From contig SVTT01000007.1 of the NCBI GenBank assembly GCA_015063625.1, positions 12,780 to 76,779 of the forward strand: 64,000 nucleotides of DNA, in the 5' to 3' direction. A program made the translations under genes and the position numbers. The stretch's first letter is position 1; the number at the start of each line of letters is the position of its first letter. This document shows positions 59,227 to 64,000 of this stretch, in pieces. The notes under the pieces were generated by a model. That model was given only the letters and a program-made list of their open reading frames with translations. It was not told the DNA's origin and did no database searches. The stretch comes from Oscillospiraceae bacterium. GTDB lineage: Bacteria; Bacillota; Clostridia; Oscillospirales; CAG-272.

Positions 59227-59715
59227 ATGCAAAGAGTTTCAAAGGAGAATTACTATCTCGATATCGCTCAGACTGTGGCGGAGCGCAGCACCTGCCTGCG
59301 TCGCAAGTTCGGTGCCATCATCGTCAAGAACGATGTCATCGTTTCCACGGGCTATAACGGTGCCCCTCGCGGCAGAAAGAATTGCAACGACCTCGCCTTT
59401 TGCCAGCGCGAGAAGCTGGGTATTCCGCGCGGAGAGCGATACGAGCTTTGTCGCTCGGTGCATGCCGAGCAGAATGCGGTGATCTCCGCCCCCCGTGAGC
59501 AGATGCTGGGAGCCACCCTTTATATGGCATGTATCTCGCCCGAGGACGGCTCGCTGTTTGCGGGCTGCAACAGCTGCATGATGTGCAAGCGCGTGCTGCT
59601 CAACGCGGGGATCGAAACGCTGGTGGTGCGTGATACCCCCACCGAGTACCGTGTGATCCGTGTTGCCGATTGGATCGAGGACGACGATTCTCTGACGGGA
59701 AAGTTCGGGTACTGA
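59227..59715 (+). CDS. dCMP deaminase / ComEB family Zn-dependent deaminase
   Basis: STGYNG, HAEQNA, C.MC. Confidence 0.9.
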   Translation: MQRVSKENYYLDIAQTVAERSTCLRRKFGAIIVKNDVIVSTGYNGAPRGRKNCNDLAFCQREKLGIPRGERYELCRSVHAEQNAVISAPREQMLGATLYMACISPEDGSLFAGCNSCMMCKRVLLNAGIETLVVRDTPTEYRVIRVADWIEDDDSLTGKFGY

Positions 59716-59719
59716 TCGT

Positions 59720-60361
59720 ATGAAACGCTGGATCGCAGCTTTGCTGCTTGCCGTGCTCTGCCTTTCCTCCTGTCAAAGACCTGCGGAATTTACGCAGAGT
59801 GAGCAGGGGTTTGTCAGCACCGATACCGAAACAGGCATCTCCTATCGGGCGCTTGATCTTTGCTTTCAGGCGGTCGCTACTGACCGCGTCGTGGGTGTTT
59901 ACAGTGACCCACACGCCGATTATGATCGCACCTATTTTGCCGTCAGCGGTCAGGATACAGCTCTTTTCCTCGTCGATGACGAGGGCGGCGTCTGGTACGC
60001 GGGCGCCGACACGATCTCCCCCGAGAGCTGGGAGCTTTCGATGATCGGGGTCTGTGAGGAGGAGTCGATCAGCGTGGAGATCCGTCGCTTTGAAAAGGGA
60101 AGCGACGATGCCCTGATCGGTGACATCCGCGCGCTCTGGTTCTCGGGCGAAGCGGTGTCGCTCCCGAGCGGCGCTCCCATCCTTCGCCGCGGCATCCGAT
60201 TTGCCACTGCGGCATACAACGGCATCTTTTATTGCTTTGACTATCTGGTCTTTTCCGATGGCAGTGCTTATTTTTACGAGCTCCTTTCGGGGCGTGCGGT
60301 TTCGGTTCCCGCCGAGCTTGCGGAAAGGCTGCCTGCTCCGCAGGCAGAGGGGGAGCGGTGA
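59720..60361 (+). CDS. Hypothetical lipoprotein
   Basis: MKR plus hydrophobic stretch plus LSSC lipobox. Confidence 0.7.
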   Translation: MKRWIAALLLAVLCLSSCQRPAEFTQSEQGFVSTDTETGISYRALDLCFQAVATDRVVGVYSDPHADYDRTYFAVSGQDTALFLVDDEGGVWYAGADTISPESWELSMIGVCEEESISVEIRRFEKGSDDALIGDIRALWFSGEAVSLPSGAPILRRGIRFATAAYNGIFYCFDYLVFSDGSAYFYELLSGRAVSVPAELAERLPAPQAEGER

Positions 60362-60909
60362 TGACGACGTGCAGTACCATGCCCCTGCGTGGGGAAAGCG
60401 GGCAGCAGGCGCCTCGGCCGAGAAGGATCCTGTTTGTTTGCACAGGAAATACCTGCCGTTCTCCGATGGCGGCGGCATTGCTGTATGACAGAGCCCGACG
60501 TCGGGAGCTTTGCTCCGCCGTCGATCCCGATGCACCGCCGCTGCCCCCCATGACCGTGACCTCGGCAGGGCTTTATGCCGAGGAGGGAGCGCCCATCACG
60601 CCAGACGCCGTGCGGGCGCTGCGCGAAGCGGGAGTGCCCTCGCTGCCCGACCACGATTATGCCGCGCACCGTGCAAGATCGGTCACGCCCGAGCTGATGC
60701 ATGAGGCAGATGAGGTCATCGCCATCAGTGCTTCGCACGCGATGGGGCTTTTGATGCGCTTTCCCGAATGTGCCGCCAAGATCACCACGCTGCCCCTTGA
60801 TATCAGTGACCCCTTCGGCGGAGATCTTGAGCGTTACCGAGCCTGTCTTTCCGAGATCTCCTATGCGCTGTCGCTTCATCATTTTTCCTTCGGAGAGGGA
60901 GAGTCATGA
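60361..60909 (+). CDS. Low-molecular-weight protein Tyr/Arg phosphatase (YwlE-like)
   Basis: CTGNTCRSPMA P-loop, SAGL, DPFGG. Confidence 0.9.
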   Translation: MTTCSTMPLRGESGQQAPRPRRILFVCTGNTCRSPMAAALLYDRARRRELCSAVDPDAPPLPPMTVTSAGLYAEEGAPITPDAVRALREAGVPSLPDHDYAAHRARSVTPELMHEADEVIAISASHAMGLLMRFPECAAKITTLPLDISDPFGGDLERYRACLSEISYALSLHHFSFGEGES

Positions 60910-61349
60910 GGATCGAGCGCCTTTCGAGGGAGCATATCGACGCCGTGGCTGCGCTGGAGGCTCGTTGCTTTTCGGAGCCATGGAGCGCTCATGCCCTGCT
61001 GCGCCTTGTTGAGGGTGACGGGATCGGGCTGGTGGCGCTGACCGACGGGGGAGAGCTGATGGCGTACGTGGGTGCGCTGCTTGTGCTGGACGAGGCACAG
61101 ATCACCAACGTTGCCACGCAGGAGGAGCATCGGAGAAGGGGCGCCGCGACGGCGCTGCTTGCCGTACTGACTGAGGTGGTAGAGCAAAGGGGTGTGCGTG
61201 AGCTTTCGTTGGAGGTGCGGGAATCCAACCTCTCGGCGATCTCGCTCTACCGCCGCGCAGGCTTTGCCGTGGCGGGACGTCGCCCCGGCTTTTATACGCA
61301 TCCGAGAGAGGCGGCACTTGTCATGCTGCACAGGCTCGGAGAAGACTGA
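60906..61349 (+). CDS. rimI: Ribosomal protein S18 alanine N-acetyltransferase (GNAT)
   Basis: FSEPWS, ITNVA, LEVRESN, RPGFY. Confidence 0.9.
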   Translation: MRIERLSREHIDAVAALEARCFSEPWSAHALLRLVEGDGIGLVALTDGGELMAYVGALLVLDEAQITNVATQEEHRRRGAATALLAVLTEVVEQRGVRELSLEVRESNLSAISLYRRAGFAVAGRRPGFYTHPREAALVMLHRLGED

Positions 61350-61365
61350 TGAAAACAGGTGGATT

Positions 61366-62382
61366 ATGTACATTTTAGGAATGGAAAGCTCGTGTGACGA
61401 AACCTCTGCCGCGGTTGTGGCGGTCGAGGAAGGGCGATTCAGGATCCTTTCCAATATCGTCGCCTCGCAGATCGAAACGCACCGTGTTTACGGCGGCGTC
61501 GTTCCCGAGATCGCCAGCCGTGCACACATTGAGGCGATCACGGGCATCACCCGCGAGGCGCTCTCGACTGCGGGTGTGGGTGTCGGAGAGCTTGGGGCGG
61601 TGGCGGTCACGGCATTCCCGGGACTGATCGGCGCTCTGCTCGTGGGGGTAAATTTCGCCAAATCCCTCGCCTTTGCCAACAGCATCCCACTGGTGGCAGT
61701 AAACCATATTAAGGCGCACGTGGCGGCTGCTTATCTTTCGCACGAGGCATTAAAGCCTCCCTTTCTCGCATTGGTCGTTTCGGGAGGACATACCTCAATC
61801 TTTGATGTGACCGATCCCACCGATTTTCGGGAGATCGGATCTACCCGTGACGATGCGGCGGGCGAAGCGTTTGATAAGATCGGCAGAGTGATCGGACTTC
61901 CTTACCCGGGCGGAGCAGCACTTGACCGCCTTGCCTATGAGGGGGACGGGAAGGCGATCCGCTTACCCTCACCCGCACTGGGGGGAGAAACGCTTGATTT
62001 TTCCTTCAGCGGGCTGAAGACCGCCGCGCTCAACCATATCAACACCTGCCGACAGGGTGGCGTTGAGGTGGCGCGTGCCGATCTTGCGGCATCCTTCACC
62101 CGTGCCGTGGTGGAGGGCATTGCGCAAAAGGCAGAGCAGGCGCTGACCCTTACCGGCAGGAAAACGCTGGTGCTTGCAGGGGGCGTTGCTGCCAATTCTC
62201 ATCTGCGTCGCCGCCTTGGCGAGTTGGTGCTGCTCGCGGGCGCACAGCTTGTTGTCCCTCCCGTTTCGCTCTGCGGTGATAACGGTGCCATGGTGGCGGC
62301 AGCAGGCTATTTTGAGTTTCAAAGCGGACGGCTTGCGGACGTTTCTCTCAACGCCTCGGCACTCGACCACCCCGAGCCTTGA
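61366..62382 (+). CDS. tsaD: tRNA threonylcarbamoyladenosine biosynthesis protein TsaD
   Basis: ESSCDET, GGVVPE.ASR.H, SGGHT, DDAAGEAFDK, GGVAAN, DNGAM. Confidence 0.97.
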   Translation: MYILGMESSCDETSAAVVAVEEGRFRILSNIVASQIETHRVYGGVVPEIASRAHIEAITGITREALSTAGVGVGELGAVAVTAFPGLIGALLVGVNFAKSLAFANSIPLVAVNHIKAHVAAAYLSHEALKPPFLALVVSGGHTSIFDVTDPTDFREIGSTRDDAAGEAFDKIGRVIGLPYPGGAALDRLAYEGDGKAIRLPSPALGGETLDFSFSGLKTAALNHINTCRQGGVEVARADLAASFTRAVVEGIAQKAEQALTLTGRKTLVLAGGVAANSHLRRRLGELVLLAGAQLVVPPVSLCGDNGAMVAAAGYFEFQSGRLADVSLNASALDHPEP

Positions 62383-62477
62383 TCCCGCCGTTGCCGAAAA
62401 CCTTGTCAAGAGGTTTTTGAAAAAAAGATCAAATTCGGCACTTTGGATAAAGGCTCGCGAAAAATGGTAAAAAACGG

Positions 62478-62662
62478 TTTTCCACAATGGTTTTCCACAG
62501 CTTTGTGGAAAAGTGACCTTCATACACGATTTTATACGCTGATCTGCATAAAATTTCCTCCTGCCCGATTTTCGACGCTTGATTTCAGCCTGTTTCTCCT
62601 AATTTCTGTGGAAAACTCTGTTGAAAATGTGGATAACTTTTATTCATGTGTGCTGTGGAAAA
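62478..62662. promoter_or_regulatory. DnaA-box cluster (7 boxes)
   Basis: TTTTCCACA at 62478 and 62491; TGTGGAAAA at 62504, 62607 and 62654; TGTTGAAAA at 62619; perfect TGTGGATAA at 62628. Confidence 0.8.
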
Positions 62663-62783
62663 GTAAAAAAACGGCAAATTGGCGGTTGCTTTTTTAAACG
62701 CGACATGCGAAAACCGCATTGTGCAAAGTTACAAAAATGAGTGTTTTTTAAAAGTTTTTTCGGCAAGAAAGGAAGGATCTGTC

Positions 62784-63470
62784 ATGAAAAAGGATGTTGC
62801 GAACCGTCGTGATCTTGACCTTCAAAATGAAGTCAGCCCCGCTGTGATCAAGCGGCTGCCGCGCTATTTTCGTTATTTGCGTGAGCTGATCCGAAACGGC
62901 AAGCTCCGCATCAGCTCGGGTGAGCTTTCCGAGATGATGAACGTGACCGCCTCGCAGATCAGACAGGACCTGAATCGCTTCGGCGGCTTTGGTCAGCAGG
63001 GCTATGGCTATAACGTCAACTATCTCTATGCCAAGATCTGTGAGATCCTCGGCGTGGGAGAGGGCTATTCCGCCATATTGATCGGTGCGGGCAACCTCGG
63101 CAGAGCACTGGTCGGCAGTCCGATGTTTGAGAAGCGCGGAGTGGATATCATCGGCATTTTTGACGTTAATCCCGAAATGGTCGGCAGGACCGTGGGAGGG
63201 GTTTCGGTCATGCACATGGATGAATTTGAGCCCTTTTGCCATCGGCATGCGGTAGATATTGCAGTCCTGACGCTCCCTAAGGAATACGCAGTGGAAACGG
63301 CAGACCGCGTTGTGAAAAGCGGCGTGCCCGGCATTTGGAATTTTACGGGCAAGGAGCTTGATCTTGCCGAGGCTGATACGGTGACCGAAAATGTGCATAT
63401 CGGTGATTCCCTGATGACGCTTTGCTATGAATTGCGCTGCCGCGATAATGAGAAAAATAAGGGGCGTTAA
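62784..63470 (+). CDS. rex: Redox-sensing repressor Rex
   Basis: RLP.Y.R.L, QIRQDL, GQQGYGY, GAGNLG. Confidence 0.96.
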   Translation: MKKDVANRRDLDLQNEVSPAVIKRLPRYFRYLRELIRNGKLRISSGELSEMMNVTASQIRQDLNRFGGFGQQGYGYNVNYLYAKICEILGVGEGYSAILIGAGNLGRALVGSPMFEKRGVDIIGIFDVNPEMVGRTVGGVSVMHMDEFEPFCHRHAVDIAVLTLPKEYAVETADRVVKSGVPGIWNFTGKELDLAEADTVTENVHIGDSLMTLCYELRCRDNEKNKGR

Positions 63471-63474
63471 GACA

Positions 63475-64000
63475 ATGAAATTGGATTTTCTTTACGGCAA
63501 TCATGTGATCCTCCTGCCCGAGGCGGTCATCGGATGCCTTGAAAAGGCGACCAAAAAGGATATCAAGGTGCTGCTTGCGCTGGCATCGATGCCGCTTTCG
63601 CGCGTGGATCTCTCGGCGAGTGTTTCGCATGCTGTGGGCAGTCTTTCCATGACTGAGCAGGAGATCGAGGCATCCATTGCCTTCTGGCGCGGTGCAGGGG
63701 TGCTTGACGTGACCGAGGACGGTTACCGCTGCGTCGATACCGTTCAGACTCGCGCGGGGGAGGGCGCTATGCCTCCCGCGGCGGCAGCTACCTTGCCGAA
63801 GAAGGGACCGCTGCTGCCGGAGTCCCGAAAAGCGCGCCCTGTATCGGACCGCGGCTTGCCGGTCTATTCCTCGGACGAGCTGGCGAATATTCTTGAAACG
63901 AGAGCCGATTTTTCCGCGCTGGTGGATGCCTGCCAGCAGACGCTGGGTAAGATCTTCAACACCGCGGAGGTGGGCATCATCGCAGGATTGATCGATCATC
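63475..64000 (+). CDS. DnaD-domain replication protein (truncated by the window end)
   Basis: IAFWRGAG and QQTLGKIFN pattern typical of clostridial DnaD-like proteins; open to the edge. Confidence 0.65.
   Translation, partial: MKLDFLYGNHVILLPEAVIGCLEKATKKDIKVLLALASMPLSRVDLSASVSHAVGSLSMTEQEIEASIAFWRGAGVLDVTEDGYRCVDTVQTRAGEGAMPPAAAATLPKKGPLLPESRKARPVSDRGLPVYSSDELANILETRADFSALVDACQQTLGKIFNTAEVGIIAGLIDH

Noticed and set aside
62478-62662. Calling the DnaA-box cluster oriC
   Set aside because: No adjacent dnaA/dnaN and no evident unwinding element; needs whole-genome skew
62719-62737. Rex operator upstream of rex (TTGTGCA...TACAAAA)
   Set aside because: Poor match to TTGTGAA-N4-TTCACAA in the right half

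Overview
Chromosomal segment of a GC-rich, probably spore-forming Clostridia-class bacterium (inferred from gene content: DnaD, HprK, Rex, DegV/DAK2, DUF1292 and a sigmaK/sigmaE-like promoter). Most of it is housekeeping: lepA-hemW-pepP, a CadC/HMA/CadA metal operon, a lipid/fatty-acid cluster, azlCD, prfC, nrdDG, two tRNAs, rlmH, galK, hprK, rimI-tsaD, rex and a dnaD-like gene cut by the window end. I found no CRISPR array, integrase or intact transposase. Four features stand out. (1) A structured locus at tRNA-Arg(CCG), 38991-42180. Two tandem copies of a 174-bp unit made of five hairpins are each bounded by the tRNA 3' end. One copy is interrupted by a 311-bp nested insert. An AT-richer orphan membrane-protein gene follows, then a second, decayed tRNA-Arg whose T-loop is replaced by three of the same hairpins. 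Two multibranch repeat elements with different sequence but the same architecture lie in the locus. (2) A cytoplasmic Zn-ribbon/TPR/TIR/Zn-ribbon/BspA-LRR protein lies directly downstream of rlmH and is a candidate immune receptor. (3) An AraC-linked PIG-L deacetylase/NagB-like/PfkB/class II aldolase operon suggests an unassigned amino-sugar pathway. (4) Seven DnaA boxes cluster between tsaD and rex. All product calls come from motif recognition by eye; no database searches were run. Several starts were moved from the ORF track to the codon with a plausible RBS.
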